Shown in pieces: positions 9,066 through 18,976 of a stretch of 54,525 bases of DNA. The DNA lies in assembly GCA_013180585.1 (NCBI GenBank), contig QBUM01000251.1:1-54525 (forward strand), read 5' to 3'. The stretch is from Candidatus Methanophagaceae archaeon GoMg2. GTDB taxonomy: Archaea > Halobacteriota > Syntropharchaeia > Alkanophagales > Methanospirareceae. A program made the translations under genes and the position numbers. Numbering within the stretch: the stretch's first letter is position 1; every line of letters begins with the position of its first letter. The notes beneath the pieces were generated by a model. That model was given only the letters and a program-made list of their open reading frames with translations. It made no database searches and had not been told where the DNA came from.

Positions 9066-10376
9066 TTATGAGGACGCTACAGCCAACCCCCTATATATCC
9101 TATCCAGAATTTCATTATCCGACGGATACGGGCAATCCACAATTTTCTCGAGCTTCAAAGGAACCCCATCCATTCTGTACGCGATCCCCTCCGCTTCGAC
9201 ACCTGTAATTGCAGTAGGAAACACGACAGAGGAGATTAACGTGGTCGGCGTTTCAAACGGGTCTATCAAGATAATAGGCATATCACACAATTTCTTCGCT
9301 TTAGCTACAGGAAACGAAGAAAAAGGGTCGGCACCCACGATTAACGCTGCATCCACTTCGTCTAACACATCCAGAACCGTTGTCTTGCCTGGTTCGAAAA
9401 TTTCGTCACGAGAGAAGTCCAGACCAAATGGATAGCCGGTCTCACGCAACAGAAGCTGCACAGCGCCCATCACATTAAAATGACCCTTCATGGGAAACAG
9501 CACGAATTTTACGCCTGCTTTGTTAAGCGCATCAACTAGGGCAAAAATAGCTTCGATATTTTGGGGGGCGTCTTCGCTCGATAAAACGCCGAGACCCACG
9601 AAGATAACGCCGTAGAATGCTTTCTTTAGCCTGTCGGTTATTTTTACGATGCTGTCAAAGTCTATTTCATCATCTACAAGTTCTCTTAACCCGCTCGTCT
9701 CTCCTTTTACCAATCGTGTCATAACCTCTGCTATTTTTGCATCCTCGCCTGGGTTCAACCGTAAGAACCACCTTGAAATCTTCTTCAACTCGCTGTCAAC
9801 CACGTCAATAGTAATAATCTCCCGATCCATCACGCCTTTCAGTGCGTATCGTCCAGTAGGATATACAGAATACCGGGAAAGATGTCTTGGATGCGACACG
9901 ATTGGATTAGCGCCCCAGTAAATGATAACATTGGCGTTGTCTCTTATCTCGTCCAGCAGAGCATAGTAAAACGGATATTTGCCTTTTAGCAGTTCGGAAT
10001 ACAGAAGACTATGGCAAATTGATTCCGATGTGTCGTACACGCCTTTTTTGTGTTTTGCTATTTCCAATGCCACACGTTGAGCGTTGTAGCCGCTATTGCT
10101 CAGCCCGTATATAAGGGGCTTCTTCGCATTCCTTAGTATATCCACCGCTTTTTGTATCGCAGCTTCGTAATTGGTTTCTTTGCCGTCTATTCTGGGATTA
10201 CGTATCCGTCCTTTGTTTTGTGTCGAAAGGAACTTTTGCACACCAATAGTGCAAGCGTTTCTTATGCCCGTTATTTTGTTCCCCTCTGCATCTACGGAAA
10301 TGACCACGTCATCACAGAGGCATGCGCAGAATGGGCATACCGCTGATTCTATTATACGTTCTGTCTCTTCTTCCAT
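9066..10376 (-). CDS. fwdB: Formylmethanofuran dehydrogenase subunit B homologue (Mo/W-pterin)
   Basis: CPFCACLCDD..C 4Fe-4S motif, SICH, WGANPIVSHPRHLSRY, PMKGHFNV, YRMDGVP; start placed at MEEETE. Confidence 0.88.
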   Translation of the reverse strand: MEEETERIIESAVCPFCACLCDDVVISVDAEGNKITGIRNACTIGVQKFLSTQNKGRIRNPRIDGKETNYEAAIQKAVDILRNAKKPLIYGLSNSGYNAQRVALEIAKHKKGVYDTSESICHSLLYSELLKGKYPFYYALLDEIRDNANVIIYWGANPIVSHPRHLSRYSVYPTGRYALKGVMDREIITIDVVDSELKKISRWFLRLNPGEDAKIAEVMTRLVKGETSGLRELVDDEIDFDSIVKITDRLKKAFYGVIFVGLGVLSSEDAPQNIEAIFALVDALNKAGVKFVLFPMKGHFNVMGAVQLLLRETGYPFGLDFSRDEIFEPGKTTVLDVLDEVDAALIVGADPFSSFPVAKAKKLCDMPIILIDPFETPTTLISSVVFPTAITGVEAEGIAYRMDGVPLKLEKIVDCPYPSDNEILDRIYRGLAVASS

Positions 10377-10477
10377 CGTTTTATAAAGGGTGTTTGAATA
10401 GCGTATAACCACAAGAGTTTACACAATCTTTCTTTTAGAAAAGTTTATAATCTTCCTTCCATTATCGTGAATGTGAT

Positions 10478-11698
10478 ATGAAAGATTATACAGTAGAGTG
10501 CATAAGGTGTGGCGCAAGTTACCCTAAGGACGAGATAGTATATACATGCAGTAAATGCGGCGGGTTGCTTAGTATAACCTACGATTATGCTAAGATAGAT
10601 AAGGACAGGATACTAAATGCAAAAGGTGAAGGCGTATGGAAATATTCCGTGTTACTGCCCTTTGACGAACACACGATAAAGCCTGTAACGATAAACGAAG
10701 GGAACACGCCCATGTACAGGAGCGATAGACTCGCGAAGTTAATCGGCGTTACGGATTTATGGGTAAAGCACGAAGGGCTGAATCCTTCCGGGTCGTTCAA
10801 AGACAGGGGAATGACCGTAGGCGTAACAAAAGCGATGGAACTGGGCGTTAAAGGCGTGGCATGTGCGTCAACAGGTAATACGTCCGCCTCGCTCGCTATA
10901 TTCGCGGCAAAAGCCGGTATTCCAAGTTATGTTCTGTTGCCAAAGGGTAAAGTAGCTTTAGGAAAAGTAGCGCAGGCGATGATGCACGGTGCGCAAGTAT
11001 TCTCGATACGCGGCAATTTTGACGATGCTTTACGGGTTGTTCGTGTGTTATGCGAAGAGGAGAAGCTTTATTTGTTGAATTCCGTTAATCCGTACCGACT
11101 GGAAGGTCAGAAGACAATCGCGTTTGAAGTTGCCGAGAAGTTAGGCTGGCAGGTACCGGATAGGCTCATTTTACCGGTTGGGAATGCGGGTAACATAAGT
11201 GCGATTTATAAAGGCTTTTTGGAGTTGAAGACCCTGGGTATTACCGATTCCGTGCCGAAGATGACTGGCATTCAGGCAGAGGGTGCCAGACCCGTGGTAA
11301 AAGCGATAAAGGAAGGCAAAGCAGAGATAACGCCAGAGCCTAAACCCGAGACCATAGCTTCTGCGATAAGAATAGGGGACCCGGTGAATGCAGAAAAGGC
11401 ACTACTCGCTATCAGGAATTCCGGCGGTGTTGCCGAGTCGGTGACTGACGATGAGATAACAGAAGCGCAGCTACTTTTAGCGAGACAGGAAGGCATAGGC
11501 GTAGAACCAGCAAGTTCGGCTTCCATTGCGGGACTGCGTAAATTAGTTGATATGGGTGTGATACAAAAAGATGAAAAAATCGTGTGCATCACTACCGGGC
11601 ATCTATTGAAAGATCCGGAACGTGCAATAGCGATTTCGGAAACGCCAAAAGAGGTGGATGCGGATATAGATGCGTTGAGGCAGGTTTTGAAGTTGTAA
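10478..11698 (+). CDS. thrC: Threonine synthase
   Basis: NPSGSFKDRG PLP lysine motif, CASTGNTS, PVGNAGN, TGHLLKD. Confidence 0.96.
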   Translation: MKDYTVECIRCGASYPKDEIVYTCSKCGGLLSITYDYAKIDKDRILNAKGEGVWKYSVLLPFDEHTIKPVTINEGNTPMYRSDRLAKLIGVTDLWVKHEGLNPSGSFKDRGMTVGVTKAMELGVKGVACASTGNTSASLAIFAAKAGIPSYVLLPKGKVALGKVAQAMMHGAQVFSIRGNFDDALRVVRVLCEEEKLYLLNSVNPYRLEGQKTIAFEVAEKLGWQVPDRLILPVGNAGNISAIYKGFLELKTLGITDSVPKMTGIQAEGARPVVKAIKEGKAEITPEPKPETIASAIRIGDPVNAEKALLAIRNSGGVAESVTDDEITEAQLLLARQEGIGVEPASSASIAGLRKLVDMGVIQKDEKIVCITTGHLLKDPERAIAISETPKEVDADIDALRQVLKL

Positions 11699-12008
11699 CC
11701 GGAAGGCGGGGGTGTAGTTGGGGTGGATGTTAAAGATCGGAAAGCTTTTACAGCCTGTGATAAATAGGCAGTTTATGTTATAGGCACTTGTGCTTAAAGG
11801 CAGGCTCCTAAGCACGAGCGACTATGACTTACAAAGTGGTTTATCATAGCTTTACATAAGCTTTTCGGTTGCTTTTACTCTTGGAAATGTCAAATACTAC
11901 TCTATTCTCAAGATAAAGCAAAAAGTCCGGATAAGACAAGAAAATAAGACAGTATAAGAGAAATCGCTATCGAAAATTCACAACGACCTCTAAAACAAAA
12001 AAGAAAAA

Positions 12009-12166
12009 GTATTTGTTTAGCTAACCACAGATTACAAAAATTTTCACGAGAAATATTAATAGGGATCAGGCTTAAGCACTTTATTGGTTTTTTATCCCCT
12101 GCTAACCCCTAATTCTTGTGCTAATCTCGTGGAATCTCGTGGTTTTTTAGAGTAGCGAACAACTAC
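12009..12166 (-). mobile_element. MITE-like palindromic repeat, copy B
   Basis: Ends GTATTTGTTTAGCTAACCACAGATT...AATCTCGTGG...TAGCGAACAACTAC; no TSD evident. Confidence 0.8.
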
Positions 12167-12444
12167 GTTTTTTGGTGTGAAATGTCTCTTTTCAAAATTG
12201 AGTTTTATTTGTGCTCGGTTTTTGTTTTATCTTTTAATGCTATCCCTCTCTTCACTCTGCTCACGATCTTCCATACCCGCTCCTTGATTAGAACATAGCG
12301 CTCGAACTCTGTTACGTTTTTCCCCTCGGTTCTCGGCACCCCCCAAAAAATCTATGCAGCAGAAAAGATATATCGCTGCCTGAAGTCCTGATATAGCGGA
12401 AGAAGCTTCAAGTTCACTGTTGAAAAAAGAAGGTCTTTTTACCC

Positions 12445-13710
12445 TTACCTCTTGATTCTACTCAACGCGACAAGAACTAACAAACCCACAAGTGCTATTA
12501 TTCCAACCGGCATTAGCGTTGGTATTTGTGCGTGTGGCGCCGCAGCCACATTCCATATCCATATCCGCATATCCATGCCGTTTGGATTCGCAGCGATTGC
12601 CGAAACATTGTGTTCGCCAGCTACTTTGGCATGTAGCGTGCATTTAGCATCCGTTACGCTTCTATTCGTAAACAACAGCGAATCATTCAGATACCAGCTT
12701 ACGTTTACCGTTTGATTTACGGTTACGGTGAACGTTGCCCAATTACCGGTGGTATCGCTAACAGGTGAAGCAGGTACAAAGAAAGTGATGTTTGGTGGTG
12801 TCGTTAGCGAGATAAGCCGTATAGTCGTAGTGTTATAAATTTCCATTCTGTATGCTTTAACCGTCACCGTACCGGATGTTAGACCGGATGTTAAAGTGCT
12901 ATACGCATATCCATTCACGTCCGTCTTGTCCCACACTGCTATATCCGCGACTCTCCCCCCGTCCAAGTCTGGATTCAGCCCCACATCATCAGGACCTTCT
13001 TCTATCATAAATACAAGTATGTAGCCACTACCGGCTTCACCATCACTCATTGCGCGAGCCGTTATGTTGGATATTGAAGACCCATCTGCAGGTATGCTTG
13101 TTGGATCAGAGGTCACGATAATCTCGGTTGGTCCCGGCGGTGGTGGTGGTTGCTGTTGTTGCTGTTGCGCACTTACCGATGCTGCAAAAGATGCACCCTG
13201 TGGCCACTCTATCCAGTATCCGTTGCCTCGTTGCAGTGTGTCACCTTTGCCAAGTGTAATCCATTTATCCGCTACTACATCCCAGCCCACAACTTCTACA
13301 TCGTCCTCAATCGTAACATCGGTGTCGCCTATACCAACCAGGTTCCATCCTGATTGTAGATTTGCCATGATTGTTGCCCATGTGAGACCATCCACAGTTG
13401 TTCCATACACATCCACTGTTTTTGGCTCAAGACATCTGATGAGGTATCCTTTTCCTCCTTCTAATACCGTTGGCGTAAAGTATCCAGTTGCCGGTTCATA
13501 GCTGAATATCTCTACATCAATACCAAATACAGCATCAGGATTCGCATCATCTGGAATTACTGGCATTGAGAAGTAGTCCACTCCTTCCTCCATATGGATC
13601 CTCCATCCGTATTCCATGGGTTTAACGACAGATGCCTCCGCTATAAACGGTAGCATAGCCACCAAAATTGCAATCGCAACCAAACAACTCAACACTTTTC
13701 TCGTTACCAT
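12445..13710 (-). CDS. Secreted/surface protein with Ig-like (Big_1-like) domain and IPTL-CTERM-like sorting signal
   Basis: Signal peptide; Q6P5 linker; SIPADGSS..TDVNGYA Ig-like motif; C-terminal IPTL + hydrophobic helix + basic tail. Confidence 0.75.
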   Translation of the reverse strand: MVTRKVLSCLVAIAILVAMLPFIAEASVVKPMEYGWRIHMEEGVDYFSMPVIPDDANPDAVFGIDVEIFSYEPATGYFTPTVLEGGKGYLIRCLEPKTVDVYGTTVDGLTWATIMANLQSGWNLVGIGDTDVTIEDDVEVVGWDVVADKWITLGKGDTLQRGNGYWIEWPQGASFAASVSAQQQQQQPPPPPGPTEIIVTSDPTSIPADGSSISNITARAMSDGEAGSGYILVFMIEEGPDDVGLNPDLDGGRVADIAVWDKTDVNGYAYSTLTSGLTSGTVTVKAYRMEIYNTTTIRLISLTTPPNITFFVPASPVSDTTGNWATFTVTVNQTVNVSWYLNDSLLFTNRSVTDAKCTLHAKVAGEHNVSAIAANPNGMDMRIWIWNVAAAPHAQIPTLMPVGIIALVGLLVLVALSRIKR

Positions 13711-13952
13711 CTTCTTCCTCTTTTTATCTCCTTGGCTGATGTTTTATCTGACTTTTAACGTATTAAAACTTATTTACGCATTACCTCTCTCTGCCTTATT
13801 ACGTTTTACTCTTTCTGATACGCTCATAAAAATGATTTCCCCCTACGTTACAAATCTTCTCTTCTTTCTCCTTCGAGAGCCTTGATAGTGAATAAACGTT
13901 TAAAGCCTAACACATCTAATTTTAAAGACCAATGTAATAAGGAGTATTAAAG

Positions 13953-14192
13953 ATGTCAAAAGTAAAAGCGGCGAAGAAGGCGCAGAAAGCAGGGAAGAAA
14001 GAAGGTGGGGGTGGCAGCGGCGGAAGAGGCGAAGAGCGAGGGCTTATGTCCTCCGCGGGCTTGATGCGATATTACGATGTGGAGGAATCAGCGGTTAAGT
14101 TCTCACCGAAGACGATAGTGATCATAGGCGTGTCTTTGGCTGTCGTTGTATTAGGATTAGAGATATATTTCGGTGTATGGCCACTATCTTGA
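13953..14192 (+). CDS. secG: Preprotein translocase subunit Sec61beta
   Basis: GLMSSAGLMRYYD..K.SPK followed by one TM helix. Confidence 0.92.
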   Translation: MSKVKAAKKAQKAGKKEGGGGSGGRGEERGLMSSAGLMRYYDVEESAVKFSPKTIVIIGVSLAVVVLGLEIYFGVWPLS

Positions 14193-14201
14193 GAAAGAAT
14201 A

Positions 14202-14651
14202 ATGCAGCGGTATGACATGCACATGGTGGACATAAGCGAGAAAAAAGACGTAGTGCGGATAGCAGTAGCTTCGGGCAGGGTAAAATTGAAAAGCAGCACG
14301 ATTGAGCGAATAAAAGCAGGAACTATAAAGAAAGGAGATGTGCTTGCGTGCGCCGAGACCGCAGCGATATTAGCAGTGAAAAAAACGCCTGAAATGATTC
14401 CGTTATGCCATTATATCAGTATTGACGCGGTAAACGTTGAGTTCTCAATAGGAGAAGAGGAGATAAAAGCGGCGGTATCTGTGAAGTCGGTTGGTAAGAC
14501 GGGTGTAGAGATGGATGCACTGTGTGGTGTGAGCGTGGCACTGCTGACGATATGGGATATGGTGAAATCGGTAGAGAAGGACGAAACGGGGAATTATCCG
14601 CATACGGGGATAGTAGAGATACGAGTAGATAAGAAAGAGAAGCGAGCTTAG
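14202..14651 (+). CDS. moaC: Cyclic pyranopterin monophosphate synthase
   Basis: [33 protein letters not shown]. Confidence 0.95.
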   Translation: MQRYDMHMVDISEKKDVVRIAVASGRVKLKSSTIERIKAGTIKKGDVLACAETAAILAVKKTPEMIPLCHYISIDAVNVEFSIGEEEIKAAVSVKSVGKTGVEMDALCGVSVALLTIWDMVKSVEKDETGNYPHTGIVEIRVDKKEKRA

Positions 14652-14654
14652 GTT

Positions 14655-14806
14655 GTATCTGTATAGCTAATATGAAAAACCACGAGATTCCACAAGATTA
14701 ACACAAGAAATAGGGATTAATGTGGACTATGGTATACTAAAATCAAGTTACTATCCTTCTATTCTTGTGGAAATCTGTAAAATCTTGTGGTTAGCTAAAC
14801 AATTAC
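14655..14806 (+). mobile_element. MITE-like palindromic repeat, copy C
   Basis: GTATCTGTATAGC...CCACGAGATTCCACAAGATT...AATCTTGTGGTTAGCTAAACAATTAC; flanks CTTAGGTT/GTTAAATT (5/8 match). Confidence 0.85.
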
Positions 14807-14842
14807 GTTAAATTTATACCGATTGCGTATTTCTAAATTTTA

Positions 14843-15595
14843 ATGACAATAATTCCAGACTTGCACCCAAGATATAAATCGTTAATGACACGAGATAAGC
14901 TCGTAGCAGGTGTAGAAGCGGGGATAACTTCCCAGCAGGGTTTGATAGCTCATGGTCGAGGCGAAGCTTTTGATTATTTGATTGGAGAGCAGACTTTAAA
15001 GTCGGCGAGAAGGGCGACGGAAGTTGCCGCTGCTATGCTATTGGCTGCGAAGAAGCCGGTGCTTTCCGTGAATGGTAATGTCGCTGCGCTGGTAGCGAAA
15101 GAGATGGTAGAGCTGAGTGAATTGCTAAACGCACCTTTAGAAGTGAATATCTTTTACCGAACCGAGAAGCGAGCTAAACGGATAAAAGCGCTGTTAGAGA
15201 AACAGGGTGCTAATAAAGTACTTGGTGACCTGCGAAATGCGGTAATCCCTGGTATAGAGCATTCACGTGCAAAGGTTGACCGCGACGGTTTATACAGCGC
15301 GGACGTTGTTCTTGCACCTCTGGAAGACGGTGATAGATGCGAAGCACTTGTTAATATGGGCAAGAAGGTGATAACAATTGATTTGAACCCGTTATCGCGA
15401 ACTTCTAAACAAGCATCCGTGAGCATTGTGGATGATATAGAGCGGGCACTGCAGAATCTTATTTTGGCGGTTAAAGAAGATAAGAAGGCAAAAAATGATT
15501 TAGCTGCTTTGTCAGAGAGTTACGATAACAATGAGAATTTGAAGGCGGTTATTAAAGAGATAGTGAGTCGGTTAAAGAAGGAGGATTTAAGATAA
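14843..15595 (+). CDS. 4-phosphopantoate--beta-alanine ligase (archaeal phosphopantothenate synthetase)
   Basis: HPRYKSL, AHGRGEAFDYLIGE, SVNGN, PLEDGDR, IDLNPLSRT. Confidence 0.93.
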   Translation: MTIIPDLHPRYKSLMTRDKLVAGVEAGITSQQGLIAHGRGEAFDYLIGEQTLKSARRATEVAAAMLLAAKKPVLSVNGNVAALVAKEMVELSELLNAPLEVNIFYRTEKRAKRIKALLEKQGANKVLGDLRNAVIPGIEHSRAKVDRDGLYSADVVLAPLEDGDRCEALVNMGKKVITIDLNPLSRTSKQASVSIVDDIERALQNLILAVKEDKKAKNDLAALSESYDNNENLKAVIKEIVSRLKKEDLR

Positions 15596-15659
15596 GAGAG
15601 TGATTTTTTAGTACGCAAAACATTTACTAAAAATATAAAATTCTTAAACGAGCGGAAAA

Positions 15660-17207
15660 ATGGTGATTACCGAAGTAGCGGAACTGACAACATCCGAAAA
15701 GCGAGTCCTGCTTGCTCTCAACGAAGAAGCGAAAGCGTGTGACCCGAGCACCTTATCCGAGAAGACAGACATAAACGAAGATGCAGTGATGCAAACTGCT
15801 TTTATGCTTGCCCAGCAGGAACTTTGTGAAGTAAAAGAGACGGAAAGAACTTATTATCATCTAACCGTGGAAGGAAAGGCTTATGCCGCGGAAGGGTTGC
15901 CCGAACGAAGAGCACTGGAGTTTTTGATAGCCCGGAAAGAAGCAACCATTGATGATTTGAAAACCGCGTTTGGCAAAACTGCTAATATAGCAATAAATTG
16001 GCTATTAAAGAAGAACTGGGCGAGAATTAAACGAAAAGAAGGTGAGAATCTTTTGATCCCTGTGGCTCAAGCCGGAACTGATCCGGATATTGACGAGCTA
16101 ATACTGAAAAAGCTGGCTGAAGGGAAATCCGAGTTGACTTTTCTGCTGGAACAAGTGGCAAACGCATTACCTGTGGACGAAGCAGAACTAAACGACTTTT
16201 TGAGCCGATTGATGTCGAGGAAATTAGTAGAGCAATACACACGTGTAGAGCGCAAAATAGCGATTACCGAATCGGGCAAAGAGCTTTTATCGCGTGGTGT
16301 CTCGGTTGAGGAAGAGATAGCACAGCTCACACCCGAACTCATAAGAACAGGGTCCTGGAAAGAGCATAAATTCAAGCGGTATGATGTGAATATATCATCA
16401 AAAGAAGTATTCGCTGCGAAGATACATCCGTATCAGCGTATTTTAGACCGTATGCGGCGAATATTCACGGATATGGGCTTCACGGAGATAAAAGGAGCGC
16501 TTGTTCAGAGTGCGTTCTGGAATTTCGATGCGTTATTCGTGCCACAGGATCATCCAGCACGTGAGATGCAGGATACGTTCTATCTGACAACGCGAAAGCC
16601 GATAGACGCGCCCGATGAATTGATAAAGAACGTAAAAGAGATGCAGGAGCATGGCGGCTCGTTGAATTCTTCGGGTTGGGGCGGAGAATGGCGAAAAGAG
16701 TTAGGCGAAAGGCTGCTTCTGAGGACACATACCACTGCGGTTACGTTAAAATACTTGGCTTCGCATCCCGAGCCACCGGTGAAAGTCTTCAGCATTGACC
16801 GCGTTTACCGGCGTGAGACGATTGACCCGACACACCTCCCGGAGTTCGACCAGTTAGAGGGAATCGTTATGGATAAAGGCGTGACATTCAGTAATTTGCT
16901 GGGCTGTCTTGCAACATTCTACCGTAAGATGGGTTTCCCTTCTATACGATTTCGACCCGGGTATTTCCCTTATACCGAGCCGTCCGTGGAGGTAGAAGTG
17001 TACCTGCAAGAGCGAGGGTGGATGGAATTAGGCGGTGCGGGCGTGTTCCGAGAAGAGGTGACGACTCCGGTGGGTCTGAAATACCCGGTTTTAGCCTGGG
17101 GACTCGGTATTGGACGATTGGCTATGCTTAGCCTGGGACTGACGGATATACGGGATTTGTATCACTCGGATATAGACTGGTTACGGAAAGAACGAGTATT
17201 TCGGTAA
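15660..17207 (+). CDS. pheS: Phenylalanyl-tRNA synthetase alpha subunit
   Basis: WNFDALFVPQDHPAREMQDTF, LRTHTT, YFPYTEPS, AWGLGIGRL. Confidence 0.97.
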   Translation: MVITEVAELTTSEKRVLLALNEEAKACDPSTLSEKTDINEDAVMQTAFMLAQQELCEVKETERTYYHLTVEGKAYAAEGLPERRALEFLIARKEATIDDLKTAFGKTANIAINWLLKKNWARIKRKEGENLLIPVAQAGTDPDIDELILKKLAEGKSELTFLLEQVANALPVDEAELNDFLSRLMSRKLVEQYTRVERKIAITESGKELLSRGVSVEEEIAQLTPELIRTGSWKEHKFKRYDVNISSKEVFAAKIHPYQRILDRMRRIFTDMGFTEIKGALVQSAFWNFDALFVPQDHPAREMQDTFYLTTRKPIDAPDELIKNVKEMQEHGGSLNSSGWGGEWRKELGERLLLRTHTTAVTLKYLASHPEPPVKVFSIDRVYRRETIDPTHLPEFDQLEGIVMDKGVTFSNLLGCLATFYRKMGFPSIRFRPGYFPYTEPSVEVEVYLQERGWMELGGAGVFREEVTTPVGLKYPVLAWGLGIGRLAMLSLGLTDIRDLYHSDIDWLRKERVFR

Positions 17208-17623
17208 TCCTCAAGCGCAGCTTTTAACGTATTTATAGCAAGTACAGGACAATGAAGATTATCCGCGGGTAAGTCGCCCAAAATAGCTAAGACATCATCC
17301 GCAGTGAGCTTTGACGCTTCTTCTATCGTCTTACCCTTCACGAGTTCTGTAACCACACTTCCAGATGCGATTGACGGACCGCAACCATCGGTTATGAATT
17401 TGCAATCGCTAATTATATCGCCTTCGACTTTTAGATGTATCTGTATTGTATCGCCGCAGGGACCTGTTACCTTGCCGACAGCACTGGGCTCTTTCAACTC
17501 ACCAACGTTTTTGGGGTTGTACGCTTCCTCAAGTGTCTTCTCGGTATATATTTCCTTCTCGTCTTTCTGTATCGCGCCTTCTATCTCTCCGACCAGGGCA
17601 TCGAAATCATTATTCTCCGACAT
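17162..17623 (-). CDS. IscU/NifU-N family Fe-S scaffold protein
   Basis: NPKNVG, GPCGD, TDGCG, HCPVLA; start placed at MSENND; 3' end overlaps pheS by 46 bp. Confidence 0.88.
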   Translation of the reverse strand: MSENNDFDALVGEIEGAIQKDEKEIYTEKTLEEAYNPKNVGELKEPSAVGKVTGPCGDTIQIHLKVEGDIISDCKFITDGCGPSIASGSVVTELVKGKTIEEASKLTADDVLAILGDLPADNLHCPVLAINTLKAALEDYRNTRSFRNQSISE

Positions 17624-18009
17624 TCCGTATCTAAATAATTTGCCTCGCATATAAAAAGTTGAGTGTTTGCATCGCGCGGAAAGGCACCGCCGCCGCAAGG
17701 AAACAAAAAGAAGGTTTTTTGTGGTTTTTTTCTTGTATGCTAAAAATTTGGTGATATGTTAAATATTTTTTACCGCATTTGCAAATAAATTTTAGGTGTG
17801 GTCGCTAAGGAACTGTTCTAATAGCTTAAAACACGAATAGAAGTTTAGTAAATCGGCTATTTGTTAAAACAACAGGTAAAAACCGAAAGTCAGTTATAGG
17901 GTTACCATATAATGTATCTTTCAATGATGCCACAAATAGAGCGATGCCGAAGAAAGCGGTGACTTCTGACTGGTGGTTACTAAAAATAGGAGGTGAAACG
18001 AAAAGAAAG

Positions 18010-18615
18010 ATGAAAACAAAAATGATAGGTACATTGGCGATAGCAGGTCTGATAGCAATGGCGGTATTCGTGGGCACCGCCGCGGCAGATGGGGGTGCTA
18101 ATATCTTCGCGAGCAATAGCGGCAGTTACAATCAATATACAACTAATTTTTTAACGACTGAAAATGTTTTTGCCTGGGGGTACCTCGGTCCTGAATCTGC
18201 TCCTAATACTACTTTATGTGGTTCAGCGGGTTGTGGTGGAAGGATCTATGTCGTGAATCACAGCGACACATGGACTAACGGAACTCTCCTGGATGATAGA
18301 AGTGGTGGGTATGAGATTGTTACTTGGGGTGCTGCTGGGTACTTCAACGGCAAATTGGCATGGCCGAAAGACCTCACACCTGGCGAATACGACCTCATAC
18401 TCGACTTGAACTGTACCGGATACAACGGTGAGTGGACCAATATCTCGGATCCACGACCGGCAAAGACAGGTTATCTAACTGATCCTATATGGCCTTTTAC
18501 TGTAAAAGGCGATGAGCCGGAACCGATACCAGAATTCAGCACGATGGCCATACCGGTCGTTTCGATACTGGGACTGCTGTTCTTGTTCAACTATCGAAAA
18601 CATAGGAGACACTAA
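18010..18615 (+). CDS. Secreted PEF-CTERM sorting-domain protein
   Basis: GGAGGTGA RBS, signal peptide MKTKMIG..AAA, several NxT/S sequons, C-terminal IPEF + TM + basic tail. Confidence 0.85.
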   Translation: MKTKMIGTLAIAGLIAMAVFVGTAAADGGANIFASNSGSYNQYTTNFLTTENVFAWGYLGPESAPNTTLCGSAGCGGRIYVVNHSDTWTNGTLLDDRSGGYEIVTWGAAGYFNGKLAWPKDLTPGEYDLILDLNCTGYNGEWTNISDPRPAKTGYLTDPIWPFTVKGDEPEPIPEFSTMAIPVVSILGLLFLFNYRKHRRH

Positions 18616-18621
18616 TATTTT

Positions 18622-18709
18622 TATTTGTTTACCGCCCAGATCACGGCGAGCGCAGAGATGAGATAATGAATTCTCTGTGCTCTTTGCATGCTCCGCGGTA
18701 AACAACTAC
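18622..18709. mobile_element. Short MITE-like palindrome sharing outer ends with the main family but with a different core
   Basis: TATTTGTTTACCGC...GCGCAGAG...CTCTGTGC...GCGGTAAACAACTAC. Confidence 0.6.
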
Positions 18710-18715
18710 TTTTTT

Positions 18716-18876
18716 GTATTTGTATAGCGATTTTTTAAAACCACGAGATTCCACAAGATTAACACAAGAAATGGGGATTAATGTGGGATAATGTGGTCTA
18801 TGTATACTAAAATCTGGTTACTATCCTTCTATTCTCGTGGAAATCTGTGAAATCTTGTGGTTAGCTAAACAATTAC
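18716..18876 (+). mobile_element. MITE-like palindromic repeat, copy D
   Basis: GTATTTGTATAGC...GCTAAACAATTAC; flanked on both sides by CTTTTTT (7 bp). Confidence 0.88.
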
Positions 18877-18976
18877 CTTTTTTATCAATGTAATCTTACG
18901 TTCAGAAAGTAGCTGAACTAACTGAATCCATTTCGATCTGTGGTTAACATTTTTAGCGTTTGTAATTACAATCCTA

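Noticed and set aside
10005..10020. Selenocysteine in FwdB
   Set aside because: The ligand codon is TGC (Cys) and the ORF has no in-frame TGA.
17162..17207. Convergent 3' overlaps (pheS/iscU 46 bp; aroC/phosphotransferase 31 bp) as antisense regulation
   Set aside because: Short tail-to-tail overlaps are common in compact archaeal genomes; there is no further evidence.
17660..17700. GC-rich patch upstream of iscU as a small RNA or riboswitch
   Set aside because: No convincing stem or known motif could be built by eye.
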